The notes below the pieces were generated by a model, which was not told the origin of the DNA, ran no database searches, and saw only the letters and a program-made list of their open reading frames with translations. From positions 85,902 through 149,901 of the forward strand of contig SFGY01000002.1 of NCBI GenBank assembly GCA_004556455.1: a DNA stretch of 64,000 bases, written 5' to 3'. Of the stretch, positions 39,118 to 46,750 are shown piece by piece. The position numbers were made by a program, and so were the translations under genes. The first letter of the stretch is position 1, and each line of letters opens with the position of its first letter. This DNA is from Clostridiales bacterium (GTDB lineage Bacteria > Bacillota > Clostridia > Saccharofermentanales > DTU023).

Positions 39118-39146
39118 TTGCCCGTATCTGCTGCATGGGCTATAAT
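39118..39146 (+). promoter_or_regulatory. Sigma-A-type promoter for tRNA-Ser
   Basis: TTGCCC, 17 nt, TATAAT (39118-39123 and 39141-39146), about 40 nt upstream of the tRNA. Confidence 0.5.
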
Positions 39147-39185
39147 GCAAAAGCATTTTCGGCTGTCAATCAGCACGGTTATCAT

Positions 39186-39276
39186 GGAAGCGTAGCGAAG
39201 AGGCCGTAACGCGCCGCTCTCGAAAAGCGGTTGCCGGGTGACCGGCACGTGGGTTCGAATCCCACCGCTTCCGCCA
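39186..39276 (+). tRNA. tRNA-Ser (anticodon CGA), CCA encoded
   Basis: Acceptor GGAAGCG/CGCTTCC plus discriminator G plus CCA. Anticodon stem CCGCT/AGCGG with loop CTCGAAA. Long variable arm TTGCCGGGTGACCGGCAC. T-arm GTGGG-TTCGAAT-CCCAC. 91 nt. Confidence 0.9.
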
Positions 39277-39288
39277 CAGTATTTTTCA

Positions 39289-39337
39289 GAAAATGCGAAA
39301 CCCCTGAAACGCATGTTTTCAGGGGTTTTCGTTTTTT
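39289..39337 (+). terminator. Rho-independent terminator after tRNA-Ser; also copy 1 of an imperfect direct repeat
   Basis: gaaaatgcgAAACCCCTGAAAcgcatgTTTTCAGGGGTTTtcgtttttt forms a stem-loop followed by a T-run. The sequence recurs at 41192-41257. Confidence 0.8.
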
Positions 39338-39614
39338 AACAAATGTTTAATATTGGGGTTATAACGCTAAATTTGGGTTGCTGGTTGGGTTACTGGACCC
39401 TGCTCTTAATGATATTTAAAAATGTCGTGTCGATGATTGTGGATTCTTTAAATTTTTACATCTTTCTGGTCACTTTCAGTGCTTGTAATGGGGCTATAAA
39501 CGGGGTTAGCAGAATTTAATGTTAATATCCGACCATTTATATAAACTCTCTTAACAGCTGCCTCGCCCTCAATTTAACGTTACTATGATATTTAAGGACA
39601 GATCAAAGGAAGGG

Positions 39615-39719
39615 ATGCTGCCAAAAGTGATAGAAATAATAATGCTGATCTTGGTAGTCATCCAAACAGTTATCGGACTGCTAAACTACCTTGATCAGCA
39701 CAACAAAAACGACAAGTAA
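39615..39719 (+). CDS. Tiny hydrophobic peptide A1 (34 aa), holin-like/type I toxin-like
   Basis: MLPKVIEIIMLILVVIQTVIGLLNYLDQHNKNDK*: one TM helix plus a polar N-Y-x-x-Q-H-x-K tail. Below the ORF-track size cutoff. Followed by hairpin gtagggagcgggaactccctac. Confidence 0.45.
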   Translation: MLPKVIEIIMLILVVIQTVIGLLNYLDQHNKNDK

Positions 39720-39785
39720 GTCGCACAAAGTAGGGAGCGGGAACTCCCTACCCCGACTTTACAAAATATAAGGAGAAAAGACAAT

Positions 39786-39875
39786 ATGAAAGTTATTATT
39801 TTAATTTTGATGATTGTCAATCTTGGGTTTTCAATTTTGAATTATTGGGAGAATCACAAACATGGACGGAAGTAA
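39786..39875 (+). CDS. Tiny hydrophobic peptide A2 (29 aa)
   Basis: MKVIILILMIVNLGFSILNYWENHKHGRK*. RBS aaggag 12 nt upstream. The 3' end overlaps the start of the next ORF (39862). Confidence 0.5.
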   Translation: MKVIILILMIVNLGFSILNYWENHKHGRK

Positions 39876-40098
39876 AAAGCGCAAAGCAGTTTACAATCCT
39901 GATGCCGACAAGCGTTGGAGAGAAAAGAACAAAGAGCGTGCAAGGTATTTAACGGACCGGACCTCCTGCAGACGTTTTTTGCGAGACAAAGCCACGGAAG
40001 AAGATCTTGAGGAAATGGAGCAGCTTATAGCCGAAAGACGCCAACAACTAAAAAATGTCCCCCATGTTCCCTTGAGATGTGATACATTGGTGTTGTGA
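39862..40098 (+). CDS. Small basic helical protein P1 (78 aa), paralog of 40999..41187
   Basis: MDGSKKRKAVYNPDADKRWREKNKERARYLTDRTSCRRFLRDKATEEDLEEMEQLIAERRQQLKN... aligns to P2 with shared residues W, N, E, AR, R, R, F, R, A, D, EE, LI, ER and L, about 40% identity by hand. Confidence 0.55.
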   Translation: MDGSKKRKAVYNPDADKRWREKNKERARYLTDRTSCRRFLRDKATEEDLEEMEQLIAERRQQLKNVPHVPLRCDTLVL

Positions 40099-40216
40099 AA
40101 TCAGATACTGTTAATGGCGCGAAGTCTACACTAAGTATTAATCTGGAAACTGGTGTGGTTACTACGATCCATAAAACGCATTCAAAGCTGATTGAAAAAA
40201 TAGAAGGGAGCAACAA

Positions 40217-40444
40217 ATGATTTTTCATCTAAATAAAGATGAAAGAAAATTGCTCCAAGATTTTAATATAGATTTTCGCTCTGACTTTGATTACTCTGAC
40301 GAAGAAGCGTTTGCTTTACTGGATCAAGTTCATGACGCTGAGATTTTCTACGCTCAGGACTCCGATACAAATGGACGATCACGCTATATGGCAAATTTCC
40401 ATGCAGATTTAGCTGATAAAATACAATCTCTTATACCAGGATAA
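40217..40444 (+). CDS. Small acidic hypothetical protein (75 aa), immunity-protein-like
   Basis: MIFHLNKDERKLLQDFNIDFRSDFDYSDEEAFALLDQVHDAEIFYAQDSD... RBS gaagggag. I recognise no family. Confidence 0.45.
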   Translation: MIFHLNKDERKLLQDFNIDFRSDFDYSDEEAFALLDQVHDAEIFYAQDSDTNGRSRYMANFHADLADKIQSLIPG

Positions 40445-40639
40445 AATCAACAGTATTAATTTTGAAGTACCGCTCGCCAGGGCGGTTTTTATTTGCCTGA
40501 AAATAGCAATATGCACAAAAACAAGGGCTGAAATTTGTGCAAATAATATGTGAAAACGGCTTGATGATATATAACACCGGCGTTATAACACGGACAGAAC
40601 TTAGAGATAAGTTCAAAACAAAAGAAAGGAGGAAGGTCA

Positions 40640-40729
40640 GTGGATATAGGCATAATAATAGCCCTGGTCAGTCTGATAGTTGAGATCATCGACCTGATCG
40701 TTAACTATAAGGACAATCACAAAGACTAG
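40640..40729 (+). CDS. Tiny hydrophobic peptide B1 (29 aa, GTG start)
   Basis: (M)DIGIIIALVSLIVEIIDLIVNYKDNHKD*. Strong RBS aaaggagga 8 nt upstream. It has the same N-Y-x-D-N-H-K tail as A1/A2. Followed by hairpin gcaggggcgtaagcccctgc. Confidence 0.5.
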   Translation: MDIGIIIALVSLIVEIIDLIVNYKDNHKD

Positions 40730-40786
40730 GGCCAATGCAGGGGCGTAAGCCCCTGCTATCTGCCTATACCATAGCCTAAAAACAGT

Positions 40787-40873
40787 ATGAATGCAACTTT
40801 GACGGTGATACTTATTCTGAATCTGATCGTTAGCTGTTTGAATTTGTGGCTGACATTTAAGCGGTGCAAGTAA
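40787..40873 (+). CDS. Tiny hydrophobic peptide B2 (28 aa)
   Basis: MNATLTVILILNLIVSCLNLWLTFKRCK*. No clear RBS. A third related frame (..IIKIIAALAFCTAAVALLIVKLKERDKHDKDQ*, ending 41019) lacks a canonical start. Confidence 0.35.
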   Translation: MNATLTVILILNLIVSCLNLWLTFKRCK

Positions 40874-40998
40874 GCTTGCTTGTACTGAGCTTTTAGCACC
40901 GTATGACTTTGGACGTATAATTAAGATTATCGCAGCGCTGGCCTTTTGCACCGCTGCAGTAGCCCTGTTGATCGTTAAATTGAAAGAGAGAGACAAAC

Positions 40999-41187
40999 AT
41001 GACAAAGACCAGTGAAGCACAAAAACGCGCGTCAAGAGCTTGGGAAGCGCGAAATCCTGAAAAAGCCAGAAAGGATCGCTACAGAAGAACGGCGCGGCTC
41101 TTCATCCGCAGCCATGCCGACATGGACGATATAGAAGAACTTTTGACGTTAATTGAAGAGCGAAAAGCCGCCCTGAGTAAGCAATAA
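40999..41187 (+). CDS. Small basic helical protein P2 (62 aa), paralog of 39862..40098
   Basis: MTKTSEAQKRASRAWEARNPEKARKDRYRRTARLFIRSHADMDDIEELLTLIEERKAALSKQ. Its start overlaps the end of the preceding hydrophobic frame, exactly as in module A (..aaacATGga.. versus ..aaacATGac..). Confidence 0.6.
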   Translation: MTKTSEAQKRASRAWEARNPEKARKDRYRRTARLFIRSHADMDDIEELLTLIEERKAALSKQ

Positions 41188-41191
41188 TGTT

Positions 41192-41257
41192 GAAAAATGC
41201 GAGATCGAGCGGCTCGCCCTATCTTGTGAAACCCCTGAAAACGCAAATTTTCAGGGG
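41192..41257 (+). repeat. Copy 2 of the tRNA-Ser-downstream repeat (terminator-like hairpin with a 26-nt insertion)
   Basis: gaaaaatgcga[gatcgagcggctcgccctatcttgtg]AAACCCCTGAAAAcgcaaaTTTTCAGGGG. Compare 39289-39325. Confidence 0.7.
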
Positions 41258-41424
41258 CATTTAATTTTTAAAAGCCACGAAAAGCTCACAGCATTCAGCT
41301 GATAATTTTCAGAGACTTTTCCTGTCAAGGAATTTTCAAGGCAGTCGTATAATGACTCCCATTATCTTTGATTCATCAGCCAGGTTGAACGCGACAATAT
41401 AAAAAAGGCAGAGAGCGCCACAAT

Positions 41425-41667
41425 TTACAGCAGCTCGCGCAGGACGAGATCGCTGACGCCGGGGGAAACACGTTCGAGCCGCAGGATGCGGGGATCGTGG
41501 GAATAGTTTTCTTCGATGAATTTTTGCAGCGAATCGCCATGGTGATAGCCATGGATCAGGCGAATGCGGTAAAGGCCGTAGACATGTTTCAGAGCCGCTT
41601 CGATTTTAATCTGGGCTTGATAACGGTTGAGGCCGTGCAGGTCGATTTCTTTCATGGCGCTGGGCAT
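41425..41667 (-). CDS. Small Smr-domain protein (80 aa from MPSAMKEIDLHG; the track start at 41727 gives 100 aa)
   Basis: IDLHGLNRYQAQIKIEAAL...IRLIHGYHHGDSLQKFI matches the Smr pattern (LDLHG ... i.HG.G...). The ATG at 41667 lies 9 nt after the upstream stop. Confidence 0.65.
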   Translation of the reverse strand: MPSAMKEIDLHGLNRYQAQIKIEAALKHVYGLYRIRLIHGYHHGDSLQKFIEENYSHDPRILRLERVSPGVSDLVLRELL

Positions 41668-41675
41668 AACGTGCC

Positions 41676-43274
41676 TTAAAAAACCGAAGGGCGATTGATT
41701 CGCCGCTCGAACTCCGACATATCCCATTGATTGCGGATGGCGATGCCCAGGGGGAGGTCGGGATAAATCCCATAGCGCTGGAAAAAGGCTTCCAGGGGCA
41801 TTTTGCTTTCCTGCAGGTATTTGATAATTGCTGCGAGAAAGTGCCGGGTGTTGGGCATGGAGAGTTCCGAGATCAGGGCCAGGTGCGGCCAGTCAAAGCG
41901 CTGAGGGCCAAGCCTCAGGGTTTTAAACCATTGTTCCGTTTGCTCAGACTCCTGGGGGGAGAGGCTGCCGGTCTGTCTGGCCAGAATATGGCAGAGCTCC
42001 GCCAGGCCTTTTTGTACGGTCGAGCGAGGGTAGGCAAATTGCAGCGTGAGCCAGCCCTGCAGGTAGAGATAGTGGCTGGCCCGCATCATGATGATGGAGA
42101 TGAGTCGATCAACTTCGGCGCCCCGTGTTAGCGTAGCAAGGGCAGGGAAGAGGACGGCGAGATCCCGGTAGTTGAGAGAAAATGCAAACTCGCTCAGGGC
42201 GTGCTTGTCTGCACAATGGTTGATCTGGGCAATGAGCCAGGTACGATGGGCCTGTTGCTGGGCCAGCTGCATTTCGCGCGGGAGGGGCAACGACTGCCGG
42301 CCAAAGGTGACGGCGTCGGCAAAGCTTTCCAGGCTGGAGTTGCTGCGCGGCACAAAAAATGGTGGGCGCAGCTTTCCGCTCTTGATCGGGCGCATTTGCA
42401 GACCCGACGGAGAAGCCACCAAGCTGTTTTGGCTGTCCTTTATACGCTCGCTGTCGTGACCTTCCCTGCTTTTGGCAGCGGCAGATGGAAGAGGCATTCC
42501 CTTGCTGATGTCTGAGTTTTCCGGGGGCGTGAAGTGACTGTCGGAGACAGATGCTGAGCCTGCCGTTTTCTGCGTATCAAGCTTATCAAGCGTGTTAGCA
42601 GCTCTTTTCAGTCCGGAGGATCTATCCTCTTTTTTGCTTCCGTCCGGGTGCTCGCTCGCACCTTCACTCAGGACGTCTCCAGTTCTTTGAGACTTTCCAG
42701 ACCGCTCTATATCCCCTGGCTTTTGAAAGTCATCAAGCCTCTGGGCTTCACCAGGCCTTTGAAATTCCATCGGTCTTTGAATTTTCCCAGACTGCTGAGA
42801 CTGCAGAGACTGTAGCGGTCTCTTAATTTCACCAGCCCTTAGAGATTCCTTTGGTCTTTGAACTTCCCCAGGCTGTTGAGGCTCGGCTGAGCTTTGTATT
42901 TCCCAGGAGTTATGAGATTCTTCAGTTTGTTGAGACTGGTCGGCCTCCAGGGCAGTTGATATTAACTCAGCTTTCAGCCCTGCTTCCCCGTCCTGCTCCT
43001 CGGCAAACCAGGTAGCTTTGGGCTGTAACCTGACCCTGCGAACGCCAGAAGGCGAACCCCCAAGAACGCCTGAAGGTGAAACTTCGGCAAATGAAACTCC
43101 AGAAGGCCAAACGCCAGAAGGCGATCCCCCGGCAGGCGAAACTCCGGAAGTGACTTTTTCTTCACGCGGCGCAGGCTTTTTGCTTTCCTCAGCAAAAAGA
43201 GAGCGGGCGAAGTCCCGCATGGGATTGCGTTGGGCAGCCAGAAAGGGATCGGGAAACTCGGGATGCTGGGGCAT
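41676..43274 (-). CDS. Hypothetical 532-aa protein: ~300-aa P/S/G/Q-rich repeat region plus ~230-aa globular C-terminal domain
   Basis: N-terminal repeats (SPAGGSPSGVWPSGVSFAEVSPSGVLGGSPSGV; EVQRPKE/EIKRPLQ/KIQRPME/FQRPGE/FQKPGD). The C-terminal domain runs REMQLAQQQAHRTWLIAQINHCAD...FFQRYGIYPDLPLGIAIRNQWDMSEFERR. Its RBS (aaggag) lies inside the end of the upstream gene. Confidence 0.6.
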   Translation of the reverse strand: MPQHPEFPDPFLAAQRNPMRDFARSLFAEESKKPAPREEKVTSGVSPAGGSPSGVWPSGVSFAEVSPSGVLGGSPSGVRRVRLQPKATWFAEEQDGEAGLKAELISTALEADQSQQTEESHNSWEIQSSAEPQQPGEVQRPKESLRAGEIKRPLQSLQSQQSGKIQRPMEFQRPGEAQRLDDFQKPGDIERSGKSQRTGDVLSEGASEHPDGSKKEDRSSGLKRAANTLDKLDTQKTAGSASVSDSHFTPPENSDISKGMPLPSAAAKSREGHDSERIKDSQNSLVASPSGLQMRPIKSGKLRPPFFVPRSNSSLESFADAVTFGRQSLPLPREMQLAQQQAHRTWLIAQINHCADKHALSEFAFSLNYRDLAVLFPALATLTRGAEVDRLISIIMMRASHYLYLQGWLTLQFAYPRSTVQKGLAELCHILARQTGSLSPQESEQTEQWFKTLRLGPQRFDWPHLALISELSMPNTRHFLAAIIKYLQESKMPLEAFFQRYGIYPDLPLGIAIRNQWDMSEFERRINRPSVF

Positions 43275-43280
43275 CGGTGA

Positions 43281-44837
43281 TTACTCCTTTTTGCCGGGGC
43301 GAAGCGCCACGGGGAGGGCATCGACCGCATCTCGAATCGCGGAAGCTGTAAAGATAAGACGCTCCACAACTTCGGCAAGTCCCTGGTCGAAGCTTTTCAG
43401 AGTTTGATTTACATAGACCGCAGACTCCTGAGTGAAATTCTTGCTGCTCAGGCGAAGCGTCTCGCTGATCTCCTTCAGCTCGCTGATCAGATTGCTCAGG
43501 CGTTCATGGAGATCATCATTTTGACGCCCCTGTTCATCCTGCATCTCATGGATCAGCTGCAAAATTTCACTGCTGCCCTGGAGGTTCTGACTAAGAACGG
43601 TCGTCGAGCTTTCCATGGAGATGGCGAGCTGCTTGATCTTTTCGCTGAGGCCATATTCTTCACCGGCATAGGTTTTGCTCATGGCTTTGCTGCTTTCGCT
43701 GACCACGCGGATATTATCCGAGAGCTCCAGCATTTCGTTGGCCAGATCGTTTTTGGCCTGACCCATCAGCAGCAGCGAGTCACGGATGTCTTTATTGAGG
43801 GCGATGTTTTCGTCGCGTGAAGTTTGAAGGACATCAATACTGCTCTGGACGAAGGATTGTGTATCGGCCATCACCCGATTAAGACGATCCAGCTCCATCT
43901 TGAGGGGATTGAGTTCGCGCGCCAGAGAGGCGGCAACAGAGGTAGAAAAGGTTCCGGCCAGGCTTTCCATCCCCTGCATCTGACGTTGATCCAGATGGGT
44001 CGCAAGGTCGGCGAGGACATTGGCAGACTGCCTTATGGGAGGCGAAATTTCATCTTTCATGATGCGGGAAACCGCTTTATAAATGCCGCTGCCAAAGTCG
44101 GCGTCGGCCATTTTCTGAGCAATGCCCTGGAAGTCGCGAAAACTTTCACTCACCCGCTGCTCATGCTCGGCCAGGCTTTCGACCAGCAAGGCGGCCCCGC
44201 GGTTATCGTCGTAGACCGGAAGCACTTCGCAGATCTGCGTGCGGAAACCCTCCTGAGCCTGGCTCAGTTCACGCCTCAATTCAAGAGAGCCGTTGGCCAG
44301 CACTGCGGCAATAATACAGGCGAAGACCAGAGGAATCAGTGCAAGACCCTTCTGGAAGCCGACAGCGCTGATGGCGATAAAAAGGTAAAGGAAAAGTGCA
44401 GACAGCAAACCCAGTGAGGCGATGGTGATGGAAGGGCTAAAACTCAGGGCGGAGCGGGCTTCGGCGGAAATATAATTCTCACTCATGGAAAGTCCGTCGA
44501 GCGGGGGCATCCAGCGCCCGCCATAACGCAGCACACTGGCGCGTTTAAGAGCCTGCCAGGCGCTGCTCAGGCGCTTTTGTCCTAGAGCTTCAATCGCTTC
44601 TGTGACCGCCGGAAGGTTTTCCATGCTGCAGTTTTCCATCTTTTCCAGATGGCTGCTGAGTTCTTCTGTGGCTTCAGCGAGTGCCGCGCGTGCCGCAGAG
44701 ATTTTACGCTGATAGATGAACCCGCAAATCACTAAAACCAGGGGCATCCCCATGGCAAAAAAGGCAACAATGACCTGAGATAAGCGGGCAGGTGAAATGG
44801 CGCTCTGAACGCTCAGAAAAAATGGAGCAGCAATCAT
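43281..44837 (-). CDS. Hypothetical 518-aa membrane protein: TM1, ~100-aa loop, TM2-TM3 hairpin, ~330-aa helical tail
   Basis: Start MIAAPFFLS with RBS gaggaggt; the track start at 44876 is upstream. TMs: VIVAFFAMGMPLVLVICGFIY, ITIASLGLLSALFLYLFIAISAV and GLALIPLVFACIIAAVLANG. The tail is S/L/E/Q-rich and looks heptad-like. Confidence 0.6.
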   Translation of the reverse strand: MIAAPFFLSVQSAISPARLSQVIVAFFAMGMPLVLVICGFIYQRKISAARAALAEATEELSSHLEKMENCSMENLPAVTEAIEALGQKRLSSAWQALKRASVLRYGGRWMPPLDGLSMSENYISAEARSALSFSPSITIASLGLLSALFLYLFIAISAVGFQKGLALIPLVFACIIAAVLANGSLELRRELSQAQEGFRTQICEVLPVYDDNRGAALLVESLAEHEQRVSESFRDFQGIAQKMADADFGSGIYKAVSRIMKDEISPPIRQSANVLADLATHLDQRQMQGMESLAGTFSTSVAASLARELNPLKMELDRLNRVMADTQSFVQSSIDVLQTSRDENIALNKDIRDSLLLMGQAKNDLANEMLELSDNIRVVSESSKAMSKTYAGEEYGLSEKIKQLAISMESSTTVLSQNLQGSSEILQLIHEMQDEQGRQNDDLHERLSNLISELKEISETLRLSSKNFTQESAVYVNQTLKSFDQGLAEVVERLIFTASAIRDAVDALPVALRPGKKE

Positions 44838-44928
44838 GCGACTTACCTCCTCAAAACTCCCTTTAGATAAAAGCACGTTGTGCGTGTAGTCCTCGTTATT
44901 ATAACACTTTGGTTCAGGCTCTTTTTCA

Positions 44929-44958
44929 TTGACAGAGGTGGGTAAGAATCGATAAAAT
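44929..44958 (+). promoter_or_regulatory. Candidate sigma-A promoter for pyrG
   Basis: TTGACA (44929-44934), 18 nt, TAAAAT (44953-44958), about 70 nt upstream of the pyrG ATG. Confidence 0.45.
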
Positions 44959-45028
44959 CATACTGATTTTGTGCGACCTGGCGGGGTTGTGTCCGTCCAT
45001 GACGCGAGAGGGAAGGAACGAACAAACA

Positions 45029-46669
45029 ATGTCAACCAAGTATATTTTTGTGACCGGCGGTGTCGTTTCCGGCCTGGGAAAAGGCATTACGGCCTCGGTT
45101 CTGGGCTGCCTTTTACAGGCGCGGGGGCTGAGCGTTCGCAATCAGAAGTTTGATCCTTACATCAATGTGGATCCGGCCCTGATGAGTCCGATTCAGCACG
45201 GCGAAATTTTCGTGACAGAAGATGGCGCCGAAACGGATTTGGATATCGGTCACTACGAGCGCTTCACGAACGTCGATCTCTCCGCAGAAAGTGACATCAC
45301 CTCCGGGATGATCTACCGCGACGTCATCCAGCGTGAACGTGAAGGCGGTTACAATGGGGCCACAGTTCAGGTCGTTCCACACATTATAAATGAAATTAAA
45401 GAGCATATTTTTAATATCAGCCGTCAGAAGGATCCGGATGTCGTCATTTCGGAAATCGGAGGCACGGTCGGCGATATGGAGAGCCAGTCCTATCTTGAAG
45501 CGATCCGTCAGGTGAGTTATCAGGTTGGTCGCGAAAATTGTCTTTTTATCCACGTCTGTCTGCTGCCTTATCTGGTAAAATCCAAAGAAATCAAAACCAA
45601 GCCGACCCAGCACTCGGTGCAGAAACTTCTCTCTTACGGCATTCAGCCGGATATATTAGTCTGCCGCACCGAGGTGCCCATGGATCAGAGCATTCGCAAA
45701 AAACTGGCGCTCTATTGCAACGTGCCGGTCGAGTGCGTGATCGAAAATGTCGATGTCGATACGGTTTATGAGCTTCCCATGTATTTTGAAAGACAGGGGC
45801 TGGCCAGTCAGGTCTGCAAACGTCTGGGGCTGGCTCAGTTTGTCGAACCGGATTTGAGCTCCTGGGAAAACATTCTCGATAAAATCAGCAATTCCCACCG
45901 GGTGCTGACCTTTGCCATCTGCGGCAAATACACGGCTCTGCACGACGCTTATTATTCCGTTGTGGAAGCTCTGGAGCACGCCTGTATCGAGCGGGAAATT
46001 CAGATGGCCCTCAATTGGGTGGATTCTGAAAAACTTGAAGAATCCAGCGATGAGGAACTTGACGAGGTCTTCAAAGATAACGATGCCATCCTGATCCCGG
46101 GCGGTTTCGGCCCCCGAGGTATGGAAGGCATGATCAAAGTGGCCTCCTATGCCCGACGCAAAGAAATTCCCTTCCTCGGCATCGGACTTGGCATGGAAAT
46201 GGCCGTGGTCGAAATCGCTCGAAATCTCGCGAATATCAAAGATGCGCATACGGATGAGTGCGAGCACTCCTGCAGTAATGTTTTCTACTATGCCTGCCTC
46301 AGTGCCGAACAGCAGGCGCATATCGACCAGATTCCCTTCCCCGACCAGCCGATGCGTCGTGGGGCTTACCCCATGGTTTTAGAAGAGGGGAGCCTGCTCA
46401 GCCGGCTCTATGGCACGACAGAAGCCTCGGAGCGCCATCACCATCGGCGTGAATTCAATTTTGCCTATCAGGGTCCGCTGCTCCAGGCGGGTCTTCGTTT
46501 CAGCGGAGTTTCGCCTGACGGCAAATTCCTGGAAGCCGTGGAACTTCCCGGTCATCCCTTCTATGCGGCCACCATTGCCCATCCTGAGTTTAAGTCCCGT
46601 CCGGCAAAGCCCCACCCGCTTTTCCGTGGTCTTGTGGCAGCGGCTTTGAAGAGAAGAAACGAAAAATAA
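45029..46669 (+). CDS. pyrG: CTP synthase
   Basis: MSTKYIFVTGGVVSGLGKGI N-terminus. Also GTVGDMESQ, and a glutaminase domain with GGFGPRG...PFLGIGLGME. Confidence 0.9.
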   Translation: MSTKYIFVTGGVVSGLGKGITASVLGCLLQARGLSVRNQKFDPYINVDPALMSPIQHGEIFVTEDGAETDLDIGHYERFTNVDLSAESDITSGMIYRDVIQREREGGYNGATVQVVPHIINEIKEHIFNISRQKDPDVVISEIGGTVGDMESQSYLEAIRQVSYQVGRENCLFIHVCLLPYLVKSKEIKTKPTQHSVQKLLSYGIQPDILVCRTEVPMDQSIRKKLALYCNVPVECVIENVDVDTVYELPMYFERQGLASQVCKRLGLAQFVEPDLSSWENILDKISNSHRVLTFAICGKYTALHDAYYSVVEALEHACIEREIQMALNWVDSEKLEESSDEELDEVFKDNDAILIPGGFGPRGMEGMIKVASYARRKEIPFLGIGLGMEMAVVEIARNLANIKDAHTDECEHSCSNVFYYACLSAEQQAHIDQIPFPDQPMRRGAYPMVLEEGSLLSRLYGTTEASERHHHRREFNFAYQGPLLQAGLRFSGVSPDGKFLEAVELPGHPFYAATIAHPEFKSRPAKPHPLFRGLVAAALKRRNEK

Positions 46670-46750
46670 TGTCAGAGGCCGCGGCCCGCGAGTTTTCTTC
46701 CTCACTTAGACTCGCGGGCCTTGCCTTATCCAAGGGAAAAGGAGCATTTC

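Noticed and set aside
39069-39314. 81-aa minus-strand ORF in the track.
   Set aside because: It is entirely explained by the tRNA-Ser(CGA) gene and its terminator on the plus strand.
40637-41035. 132-aa minus-strand ORF spanning module B of the peptide islet.
   Set aside because: It has no RBS, runs antisense across three plus-strand mini-ORFs and the start of P2, and its composition looks like antisense of hydrophobic codons. I keep it only as a remote alternative.
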